NCBI GenBank assembly: GCA_003344405.1
Contig: NOWV01000011.1
Span: forward strand, 62,001 to 126,000
Origin: Trichoplax sp. H2
Lineage: Eukaryota
Length of the DNA stretch: 64,000 nt
Direction of reading: 5' to 3'
Both the position numbers and the translations under genes were made by a program. This document shows, piece after piece, positions 35,133 through 47,535 of this stretch (position 1 is its first letter; every line of letters begins with the position of its first letter). The notes beneath the pieces are model-generated. The model ran no database searches. It worked only from the letters and a program-made list of their open reading frames with translations, and was not told the DNA's origin.

Positions 35133-36025
35133 TGCTGGACTGAGAAAAGAGGCGTAGGCTTTGATCGGCTGTATGATACTGTTTCCTAATATTCGGATCG
35201 ATCAGCTAAATAGTTACTGTTAATATTACGATTTCATTTCCAGTACTGGAAGGATGACAATGAAATTATTATAATTTATATTATTAACATGTGATAGCCT
35301 ATTCAATTCGTGCAGTAGAATTAACATACTCAAGTAGAAGAAAAAGATCCAGCTTGTGTTAACTCTACCCAACGTAGTACTATATCAAGCGATGAACATT
35401 TATTTAGCTCAAGACATTGTTATACGAAGTTCAGCCCATTATACTTTTGCTTTTTGTACTCGTAAGGGCAGTGGAGATGACGAGGATTTATTAACAATAA
35501 ATAAAAATTGCCTTGTCATGGTGGAAAACAAATAAAGCCCATACAATTAAGGATAGGATAGCAAGAGAGAGAAAACAAAAGGATAGGGATAATTTAACAA
35601 TTAATTATATTAACACATAACACAGACGTCCAGACATTTTCAGCTGGGTTAAACTGCCATGATAATAACGACTTTAACACCATCAGTCACTACTGTAACA
35701 AACAGCATAGTCATGATAGTGTCAACTTCACTGATTCTGCCTATAGTATGATACTGGAATGGACACACTATTAGACTTGCATCGACGGCGTTACCCAGGT
35801 AACCAACTTTTCACATCATGGTTACCGATACAGAAGCATCGGAAAATTTTCTTCATACACCACACCTCCATACTGCTGCATTGTAGACACAAACGCTGAT
35901 TAAACCACTGTACTGGACTATTTAAAGGGGGAAAAAGCGATATCACATTACACTTTACAGTAGCTACCAGCAGCGGTGAGTTATTACTGGATTAGTGGAC
36001 TACCCCAATTTTTTTCATCTGCAAC

Positions 36026-37603
36026 ATGCCGAGCTATACTTTACATTATTTTGATTTTGATGCAAGAGCTGAACTGATCAGGCTCATCTTTGCATATGCT
36101 GGAATCGAATATAAAGAAATTAATTATGATTTCCAGGAATGGCCCACTATTAGAGGTATCAGTGATACTAATTACTGTACGCGTAATGATTGGAAAATTT
36201 TCGTCCAATTTTTTCACTTCGCCCACCCATAGAGATAGACGATATTTACCAATCATAGCTACATTATATAAACTCAACCATTTTCTTGATACTAATTCAA
36301 CTATATTATAACAAATCTACACTCGGTATTTTATATTAATTAAAATCGATATCTTTCAATCTAGAAAAATTCCCCTACCAAACTATGCCTGTTTTAGAGA
36401 TCGATGGCAAGCAACTTGCTCAGAGTGGTGCTATCACTCGATACCTCGCTCGTGTTGCTGGTGAGTTAAGAACACAGTACTCCATGAGAAGAATCAAGAT
36501 CGATTTTTTAATATTTTGAATAACAACGAATCTACGATTGGAAGAATGTATATTGTACAATAAATTTAGTAATCTTGCAACTTTAGAGAGCATGCAAATT
36601 TTTTTAATTTTAAAATTAAAACTGACATCAACCGTACTTTACGCCTATACCGTCTATACGCATACAGTATCATAATGCTAAAACTATTCTCGCGATTTAT
36701 AGGAATCGACGGTAAGAACAGTACAGAAAAAGCAAGAGCTGACATGTATTCAGAAACCTTTATTCAAGAAATCATAGAAAAGTCTTATTCATTCCGTATT
36801 CCTTTGATTGAGCCTGATGAGGAGAAAAGGGTAAAAAGACATATCACTAAATTCTATGTGACAGCTTCTTTAAACGCTGAAGTTGTGTGTTTCCCAATAG
36901 CATCTCGCGATATTGCTGAGATTGACTTGATAGAATACGATGCAATTAAACAAAATATCAAAAAAATATCTCCATATTTATATCTTAAACTACTTAGAAA
37001 GAAATAGCTCAGGAATTTCTGAAAGATAAATTGACTCCATTTTTCGATCGACTCGAAGAGCAATTCAAGAAGAATGGTGGTGGCCCCTGGTTTTGTGGCG
37101 AAACGGTAAGTTATGAAATAAATGGAATCGTCTAAAATGTAGTACATATCGATAAAAGTAAAGGTTATGTGTTATGTTCATTTTTGCAATTACTCCAATA
37201 TACAATACTAAAGAAGTAATTTATAAAATTTTTATTAATTAATAATGTAACGTCTGTAGCCCATACTTCTAATTAGCGTTGAGAACATGGTAACATACAG
37301 CATATATTTTAATTTCAAATTAATGTTGTTAAGTATTTGGATCTCCAATATATAAAAGAGTTCATTTTTGACAACGTATTGGAATACTTGATAGCAGAGC
37401 TTAATCATTTCCTATTTCTGTTACGTCTCTGCGAACAGTTTACCTTTGCAGACTTGTCCTATTTCCGCATGATAAACAACGTAATGGATTTGGTAATGAA
37501 AGTTGAAACTCCACATCCTGAAATTCGTGCTGTCTACGAACGCGTAGCCAAGCTTCCACGCATTGCTGATTATCAGAAAAATAAGAAACAACGACCATTT
37601 TAA
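36026..37603 (+). CDS. Cytosolic glutathione S-transferase, sigma-like (GST-C), 5 exons, 208 aa
   Basis: Exons 36026-36155, 36365-36460, 36703-36830, 36998-37105 and 37439-37603 have the same lengths as in [24 protein letters not shown]...KNKKQRPF*. Confidence 0.92.
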
Positions 37604-39019
37604 GCATTTTTTAACAATATTTCTAGAATATAGTATATAGCCGAAGTTAAGACCCTTTGAAAATATTAGACATCAGTAGCGATTTGTCAAACTCGGTACG
37701 CAATGAAATTATTTCATCTCTTTTTCTATCATAGGTAGAATAGAGGCTATTATTTTATGCATTCCTTAAGTAAATCTATGAATAGATTTACACTGTTTTC
37801 ACTTTTGACTTTGAAACTGTAGCATGTAAGGAATTTATTTCACACCGGTCATATTAGCTATTTTGTATGTACCGTGTTTTATATCATATAGCTAATCAGA
37901 TTGAAACTGATCTAGAGTATGTGATTAAATAAACAAGTCCATTACCAAATGCTAGTGATCAAAATTGTTTATGGCTTTATATCGTCCGACATAATTGTAT
38001 TTGATTAATTAGCTTATTAACGTACTTTACATTACAGTAGGATAAAGCCAATTTTAACCAAATCGCGGGTTCAAAAGTAGCTATCATTCTCTCAAAGTAC
38101 ATCCATAAGTGCTGCGCAGTTCGACTAATTATTAATCATCCTATAGTTTATTCAGTTTGTTGGAAGGTAAAAAAAATTTCATTCCTAGTCATCATACTAG
38201 AGCCTACTTTAGGGTATAAAGGTTGTTCTATATCACAATTTGTAGGTAATTTAAAGAATCTCAGTAGTGTTTACTATCCAGCCTATGATAATTAATTAAT
38301 GCAGTCGGCATCTTTTCTACCATCATTCGTATCTAGCGGTATCTCTGAATAAGTAATTTATCACTGTCAATATACAGTCTTAAACTACCTATATTCATAT
38401 TTACTTACAGTCAGTTGTTGACATATAATAAGCTCATCAGATACGTAAATACTATGAATTCAATTAAATGCAATCGCTTGGCATATAATTTTCCATCGAT
38501 TCATTGTACACTACAGTACTATACGTTTACAAATACGAGTACAATATATCTGTAAATTAATCTTTGAACTGCATAAACACCTAATTCATTAAGTGCAAGA
38601 GTAAATTCGATTTAATTTTATTTTAGCATCCGCTAGATTAAAATATTGATCACTAAAACATTTCCACTTTAGCGGTTTATGATTAAATTACCATCGTTCA
38701 TTAATTACTAATAGGGCGGAATACTGTAGCAATCAGCTAAAAAGGATTAAAGGAGTAATACAGTTGCTAGGATATATGCAAGACATGACTTCTATATATA
38801 GTACTATAGGATAACCATAGTATTAACTATGCAAATTTCAAGGAGGTAATCAAAGGAATCAATCAATAAATAAGCCTTATACGTATACGAGATGTATAAG
38901 CTTCATCGCAAAGGCAAGTATGCAGCAATGCAGCATGTAGGTCAGCTAAACTAGTAAATAGGTAAAGTACAGTAAACGATTACTGGGTTTAATAATTATA
39001 TAATCAATAATTCTTCAAA

Positions 39020-39770
39020 GACGTACAATAGGTTTAAACGAAGGAGGTAAAGAGGTGGAGCTCCCGCTTACCAGGCCATTTGATAGATCGAATAGCACTG
39101 TTATTGTTATACGGCACTACATATTATTATTCTACCGGCAATATTTAATCTTAATTCAGCCAGTCATTAGAGGAAAAACGAAAAGAATTTAACAATTACT
39201 CGTCCTCAAACTCAATTACCAGCACAGTGCTGTACTCTCCGTAAGTCTATCATCGGTAGCTAAGCGGTAGAATAACCGGCAAACTAAGTGCTCTCGTACA
39301 ACATCGAAGGTTGCAAAGGTTGAGCAGCAGAGCTACCTCTTACCAAGCAATTTCAGCAAGGTTGACAAGACCTAATCCTAGCCCAATACAATCGGGAGAG
39401 AAAAAATTAAAGAAAATTCAGGAATTACTTGTCCCTAGATTCTACTTTTATCGCTTCGTCGACTACAGCAGCTCATAATGCAATTAACTACCGTACACTG
39501 CTGCTTGAAACAAATGTACAATATTGTACATACAGAAGTGGAGCTTTCTCTTACCAGGCAATCTGATAGTTCACCATAGTAATGACGGTACTGTAGTTAA
39601 AAGTAATACTATCCAATCCATGTTTACCTCATCAATCACCATCAGACAACTCAGTGACTAGATTTCATCTTATTTGAAATTTCAATGTAGTCGCGAAAGA
39701 ACATAAAAGCCATTCAACCCTTGCCCGTCAGCAGATTCAACCAGCAAGTCTATCGATGGTACTGCTATAA
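39020..39770. repeat. Old degenerate local duplication/triplication
   Basis: Matching blocks at an offset of ~485-515 bp: gtacaata 39023/39516; gtggagct...cttaccaggc.at.tgatag ~39055/39539; cgaaaagaa ~39179/39694; aagtctatc ~39243/39747. A third partial copy, gagct...cttaccaagcaat, lies at ~39330. Confidence 0.7.
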
Positions 39771-39900
39771 TTAATAAATTAATTAATTAATTCATAATAA
39801 TAAAATAATAATAGGGTATAGGCAGCGTATTTCTGCTACGTCATTATTGACAGATTATTATAAAAGTGCCCCAGCCCAGCCCGCAAGGCTAATAATTTAC

Positions 39901-39923
39901 ATATATATATATATATATATATA
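39901..39923. repeat. (AT)n microsatellite
   Basis: atatatatatatatatatatata, followed by ctgtacagtacagta. Confidence 0.9.
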
Positions 39924-41747
39924 CTGTACAGTACAGTATAAGGACTACACTGCAATGTTCCTAAAATTGTTATTTTTTGTATAGTACTATACAGTAAACC
40001 TACAGTAGTGGTCAAAATCGACTAAAAAGAATAAAGGTTTTTAACAATACCAGAAAATAAAACTTAAACTTAAAAGGGCAGTCAATGAGCTTGCAGTTAT
40101 GTTGGCCACATGCCCAGAAATAGACATGTAAAGTAGTGATATACATTATACAGTAAATGAGGCATATCCACGCAGCTAAATACTGCTTTTAATACGGAAA
40201 AATTGAAATAGGGCCTACTGAAACAGCATTAATACCGATAATACGTAATTACAGTATATCACCGTAGTTAATAGTTAACAACTGCTTACTGTATTCATGA
40301 CAATTGAATACGAGACAAGGCTGTGTCGAACTAATTAGAACTTGATTCAGCAAAAATTGAATCAATAAAACCCATCTATCGCTACGGGAAGATCGAGACT
40401 GACAGAGTACATGTATGAACTTGTGAAAAAAGTACAATCAAGGGACAAGCTGTTGAATTAAGTTAAGTTAATTAATTCCTTAAATGTACAATACAGTACA
40501 ATAAATGATCGAAAAACTTGACGGTGGGTACTAAACTACTAGAACTGCAATTGGCATTCGATATCTGCCGAATTGACATGCTGCACTGCAAGTTTATAAG
40601 TATGGCAGTAGGGCACTTTGCATCGTATTCCAGGCCTTGGTGCAGTTCCTAACCAATCGCAATGTGTATCATCTGCTAAGACTAATTTCAAGACAAACCC
40701 AGGACAGTTCCTTTCCTTCTCTCAGCCACAACCGATAATAATCGATCAGAAGAAATTAAATTAAAAATATGGTAATATAGATAGTAAATAGATAAATAAA
40801 TACGCATACTAACAAGCGTGGCGATACAGGCGAGAAAAATGATATGATTTCTGTGGAACCAATCGTTAGCAAGTATCTCAATCGTAATTACTGTACAAGG
40901 GCCGCCATTGATGAAATTGCTGTTGATGGATCACGTGCCATGACTCATGGAAGTAATAAGTTACTAATAGCAGATTATCCATTATTCACCTGAACAAAAT
41001 CCCACCCACCCACCCTTTGAAACGAGCAGCGCGGGGGTATTTATACTTCTGTTTTTATAAGACTGATTTTTAAAATAGTATTCGTTATATCGCTAAGGTG
41101 GCCACTGGGCCTTTAAATTTTGATTTGATGTATACTCAGATGAAAATGGAATAAACATAGAATCTTTATAGAGTTTTCTACACAGCCATTTTGACTGTTA
41201 CATTTTCTTATAACGGTTGTTATCGACAGAGCAAGCGATCCTTAGACACATTCTAATGATTGGTATAGATGCGTATCTAGGACATTGTACCGCACCATAG
41301 ATATCTTACATTACCTACTAATCTTAACTTGGTACTGTATCTCCATCACCGAACATTAGTTATCATAATGTGCTTTGCACCATTAACTAATCTTAATATA
41401 GCATTTCATCCTTGAATGCATTATTGAAAAGTAGTATTCTATAAGCATAGCTGTGAATAGAGTAGTGCCTGGCTATTGCCGGGATATATATATACAGAAT
41501 GTCGAATGGTAATCCTATCTGTTAATTATTAACAAATGGGTACATTATCGTAAACCGTCAGTAAAGCAACGTGAGTTCGTACAGTACTGTACTAGTAATA
41601 ATAATAGAGCCGTAAAAATGAATCTTGAATACAAGTTAATATCGAGAAGTCAAAGCTATATAAAGGCAAGGGCTCGCTTCCAATCGATCTTAAGCCCGAT
41701 TGCTTGCAAGCTTGGAGACTTCATCAACAACCATTCCTGACTTCATT

Positions 41748-43203
41748 ATGACTAACTATAAGCTCTACTATTTCAACTTAGATGCCAGAGCAGAATTAAT
41801 CAGACTTCTGTTTGCTTATGGTGGCATCAAGTACGAAGATATACGTTACAGCTTTGACGAATGGCCAAAAGTTAAAGAAAGTGGTGAGTTTGGCGGAGCT
41901 TTCGACTTTTTCTGTACTGTATTCTTATCCGTTCTATTCTGGAAAGTGATACTATAGCGATGAGTTTTTTTAATTTATGGTACAATACATACTTTGCAAA
42001 TGAGCTTAAATTAAAAATCAAAATATTAAGCCATAGCATTCATGAAATTATTTTTTAGGTCCATTCCCCTTTAAGCAAATGCCCGTTCTTGAAGTGGATG
42101 GGAAACCAATCTGTCAAAGCAATGCCATTTGCCGACATTTAGCTCGAGTTATCGGTAGGTACAACGAATATGACTGATCTAGCCGAACACTTTTTTCGAG
42201 CTAGTCTATTGCAGTCTACTCACTCTACTGTCGGATAATCTTGAACGATGCTATCAAATTTGCACACATCATACTATACAAATTCTGTGAATTTACGATT
42301 CGGGTCGTCAACACTGCTGTTGCATAACATACATTAAAGTCATCAGATGGACGTACTCATTTTTAGTTTATTGGCTTACTTTGCAGGCATTGACGGTAAA
42401 AACGAGACTGAGAAAGTACTCATTGACATGGTTGCTGATAGTTGCACCTATGAGATTGTCGAAAAGGCCTACGATCACCGTGCACCTTTTGCGGAACCCG
42501 ATGAAAACAAGAGAGTAAGCATTTATTTACCGGATAGCCTCCTGCAATCATGTATCTGCTCTGGTGATCTACAGTACCTTTCTCTATAATACTTGATTAA
42601 GTATCGATGGATTACCATTGTTAAAATTAGGCTAGCGCCATCTAGTCACGATTGAATATTAAATTACATTCTATGGAGAATTTATTCTTCTACCAGTGGC
42701 TCATATTGATAGTTTCGTTTATAATAGCTTTGGATTAACCCCTGCTATGCTATGTCGATAGGTTGAAAAGGGAAAAGTCTTCCGTGACGCGAAGTTAGAG
42801 CCGTTCTTGATTAATCTCGACAACTTATACCAGAAAATTGGAGGCAAATACTTTGTCAGTGATGAGGTATGTCTCTCGAAATTATTAAAGAAAATATGAA
42901 ATAATTGTAATTTTCTCCCTTACCTTATCATTTATATATATGTATATTTATACGGTACTGTAGTGTAGGTGTGTATTCTCTACTGCAAATCATTGATCCT
43001 CACTCTATCTTATTTATCATTCTTTACTTTAAACTTAGATTACATACGCTGATCTGGCATACTATCGCATGATCAACAACGTCAAACCATTATTGGCGGA
43101 TCTTCCTACACCTCATCCAAAGCTTAAGGATCTTTACGCTCGCATTTCTGAAAACGAGAAGCTTAAAGAATGGGAAAAGAACAAAGCCGAAGCAATATTC
43201 TAA
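41748..43203 (+). CDS. Cytosolic glutathione S-transferase, sigma-like (GST-D), 5 exons, 209 aa
   Basis: Exons 41748-41883, 42059-42154, 42387-42514, 42762-42866 and 43039-43203 total 630 nt: [20 protein letters not shown]...[10 protein letters not shown]...ITYAD...KAEAIF*. TATATAAA at ~41657. Confidence 0.92.
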
Positions 43204-44271
43204 AGATGAATATAAATTGTCAATCCACTACCTCAGTATTACTTAAATCGTTTGGCCTGTTATACGCGTACAATTAAACTATTCATTTGTACTTCATAAA
43301 AAATATTATCATGTATCTGTAATAGTCTCGGAACTGTCATCTACTGTATATTTCAAATAAACGAGTATTGACAGGAACTTATTCTCTGTTCCATTGCTTT
43401 GAAATAAGACGATATTAAATATACAGCAGACTATAGGACTATGCAATTATCAATACACTATTCGATATAGCTTCCTACTTTACGTTATATTGCTTAGCTG
43501 GAAAGTACACGTCTCTGGTTAGTACTGTTGATGAAATCAATTTGTACGACGTTATACAATACGCATAGTTTATGAACCTATCTTATAATCCTTGAAGAGA
43601 AATCCCTAGTCTGAGTGTACTGCAGAAGGTATACAATAGTTAACTGTGTTTAATTTTCTGCTAAACAGTATGCTGTTTGTAACCGTCCTACTGAGACTGG
43701 TATTAATTCATGAAATGTCAGCTTGCAACGATTTACATCATCATAACATCGATTCATCATGCCTTGGATAGGTAAGCTGTTTTTCTGTATGCGCATATCT
43801 ATCACTAAGGTCATTCTTTGTGGCACTTTATAAAGCATTTAATTCCTTCAGCAAACAGATTTGCAAAAAGCTCTGCAGTTCTGTATGGAACAATAATCTA
43901 GCTTGTGAGAAACTCCTAGCCTCTGAATACATTGCAATACACAGCCTGCGTTAATTTAAGGCCAACTTGAGTACTATACTAGTCGATGTATGCCGATACA
44001 GTAAGAGAATATTATGTCGCTATCATAACTATTTGTAATGTTAGTTTGCATACTTTTCATAGCTGTACAGTATAGCAAACTTTTTTAACACGCCATTATA
44101 TATTCTACTGTAAAAATAAATCATCTGATTTTTATGAGTATAGTTTACTTGTCTGATAAAGATGTATACGAGTATTATATTTTAAATGTTGGATGAAATG
44201 AATCGATGAATGCGTGCTATCTTAAAATTAAGTCATATTAAATAATAGAGTATTCTTATAGTTCCATTCAG

Positions 44272-45847
44272 GTCTTTTTCCTTTCCAGCAAAATGCCTAT
44301 CCTTGAAGTAAATGGTAACATAATCTCTCAGAGCACTACGGTTTGTCGCTATTTGGCTCATACTATAGGTAAGCTACGGTATACTGTACGTATCATATCT
44401 AGTCTAACGCGTATCTGCAATAACAATTATAAGCTCGATGGCCAAGATACCAATCAAGTAAAATCCATATCAATTAGAATTGCACTCTTTACATCTCGCC
44501 TGAAATGCCAAGCATCTTTACATGTATTCATGGATAATGTCACAGTTTGCTCCATTTTAAAGGCATTGACAGCAAGGACAGCTTTCAGAAAACTCAGATA
44601 GATATGATAGCTGAAACATGTACCCGCGACATTGCTGAAAAGTTTTATAATTATCGCTCATCGATGAGAGTACCTGACGAACCGGTGAGGGTGAGTTATT
44701 ATAGTTGTTATGTATCGTTAATGGTGCGTGTTTGAAGGATTACACCGAGCACACATCTGTATGTAGCCTCCGCAACATAACTATAACATAATGGATAAGG
44801 CAAAGATTTAACAGCATAAATGATTTTTAGCCGTTAGAATTCGATGTCTAATGCTTTTTTTTTATAACCAATTGCAGTATAGCGAGAATGGAATATATTC
44901 TATCTTCATTCAATGATGTCATTATCATCATATCTAATTAATGTTCGCTATTATTTTAGCATCGAATGCTGTCTAAATAACTTATCATACCACGAATTAT
45001 AAATTGCATCATTTTGTTAATTTCCTAATACCTACAAGAATTAATTTGTTTTCACTGTATTCAAATTAAGCTAGCTATCACAATCTTCTCACTATACCCA
45101 CATAACGTAAGAATTAATGAAAAATTAATGTATCAATTAGTATGAAAGATTTACAAGAAAGAATGTTATGGATCTTGTATCTTAATAATTATATTAGATC
45201 ACATTTTCGTGGCTTACTGTGTGTTGTACACTTTACCGTACATATCTGGTTTAGACCAATTACTAAGAAATATATAGTCATAGGTAACTACACGATGGTA
45301 TACATCTATATATAATTTATACTTTTTAACTATACTTCTGAAGTATACGTATAGCTTCATATTCTAGTAATCTAAATAATACTTATCAGTCATACTACCA
45401 ATCTATGACAGATAAAAAAGGGCTAGCAATTTCTCAATAGTACTCTAGATCCATTCCTAATTAACTTTACCAATATACATCAGAAAATTGAAGGTAATTA
45501 CATTGTTGGACATGAGGTATTAATGGTATCTCGTTAGCTTAAATTCATATAACTAAAGAGTTACTTCTAATGTCTTTTCATTGTTTACTTAATTGTTAAG
45601 TTACTTTAATAACTAAATACCATTTAATGTGCTATTCATAATTCTTGAATGAAATTAATTTTGCTTTTATTTTTTAGCTAAGCTACGTCGATTTTGCATA
45701 CTATTGTATGATGATCACTAATGTCATGCCTGTAATGAACAATTTTTCGACATCATATCCTAAATCATCTGATGTATATATACCCGAATTGCCAAAGAAC
45801 CTAAGATTGAAGAATGGGAAAGGACTAAACCGGAAATCAGAATGTAA
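44272..45847 (+). pseudogene. Decayed sigma-like GST paralog (closest to GST-D); only exons 2-5 recognisable
   Basis: Exon 2 (44272-44368) is 97 nt instead of 96, from an extra A in CAGCAAAATG. Exon 3 (44563-44690) is intact. Exon 4 (45412-45516) has an in-frame TAG at 45424-45426. Exon 5 (45678-45847) has a duplicated ATG and a 2-nt insertion in a TA run (~45775-45783). No exon 1 was found upstream. Confidence 0.85.
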
Positions 45848-47535
45848 TGTTGTCAGGACATGATAATATCTGCTTCTGTAAATTAAATTATATCATAACT
45901 ATAGGCTTACAAAATACTTTGATAGTCATTGGCAGCGTGTATGGTATCAGAGCTATATGCATCCCTAAAATTTTAAAGCAAACCATTCTTTTATAATCCA
46001 ATCAACGATATATTTGTATCCTAGCCCTTACATATTGTAGGGTTTTCGTCTCCTATTGTAAATAAAATGTTTCTATTTTGCGAAGAAATCATTGATAAGT
46101 CAATATTGCTAAGGCCACACTTAAATATCATGGCTAGTAATATTCTCTTATCGACATGAATTCACTATAACTAGCATATTCATAGTTACATCAAAGATAT
46201 TAATGGTGATTTTGAAAATTAAAACTTGAGTATACGTAAATTACAAAGTACATAATACGGGATGATATGGATAATATTGTTTAGATCATAATTATTCCAT
46301 ATAGCGATGTATAAGATCATATCGAGACGAAAATTGCATTGAAAGTATCAAATACTCGTATAAGTTCGCTTATGGAGACAATTAGGATTATAACGGCTTT
46401 CAAGCACCTTTATTGCATACTTTGTATCTGTAATTTCATTTATTATCAACGGCTAGATTACATTATATTTGTTAACACTACAATTGCAATCATATACATC
46501 AACTAGCAAGGAACATTTGTATACCAATAACTGCGCCAATGGAAATATAAATTCATAGCAATATATCGTTCTTAGCACTGATAGTGGATTACTGATATTA
46601 TTAATATTATTATTAATTATTCTCTTTGGCATACAGACAAACTTATTATGGCGTATGTATTAAAAAGTAGTGTAAAGAGCATTAAGAATCTCATATAGTA
46701 TAAACTTCTGTATCAAAGTTAGATACAATATAAATCAATTCATCATATCATATGCGGTAAACATATTAAATCAATCACTTTAGGAGCAACAAAAATGTAA
46801 GACAATTGTGAGCTTGATTAAAAAGTGAAAATCTGTCGTAGATTCTCCGTATGCTGGTATATTACATAGTGTCATTTGATAAGACAAAAATAAAATGCCT
46901 AATCCAAAAAGACTTGAATAACAATATATAGAAACACGGTGTTGTGATGTAACAGATTACAACCAAATTAACAGCATAATCAACTTGAATTCGTAAGACT
47001 GTTCAATACAGAATTATACTTTTAGTCAATTTTGGTATTGTGGCTACCAGTTTAATTACAAATATAGAGCACAGCGAATATACGAATAGCTAGCAAATAA
47101 CAATATACAATATTTGCCATATCCTTGAACGGTATAAAATATACAGTTGTATTTCAGGTTAGACATAAAGTGTAATATTTTAAGAATGAAATTGTGATTT
47201 CATCTGCTTTGTCATAAAATGTTTCTGATAATTCATTTGCGGTATCAGACTGATGAGTGACAGCTTTAAAAAGTAAACATCAGCGCTTACAAAAATTTTA
47301 ATTATTGTATAAATCGTCTTGTGCAAACTTTGCAAATAGTTGTATCGATATTAACTACTGTATTTAGTAAAGAAAAATTTGTAACACAGAAATTTATGTA
47401 TATTATTTTCGTTGATTTTTGTTTAAACTGTTTAAAATTTTGGTACAGATTCGTTTAACTAACACGTTCTAATCCTGTAGTTCTTTCGATTAAGGTACTT
47501 GCAGACTTGACAATTAAATATGTTTACTCGACGAT

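Noticed and set aside
45424..45426. Stop-codon readthrough or selenocysteine in the fifth GST
   Set aside because: The codon is TAG, not TGA, and it comes with two frameshifts and a missing exon.
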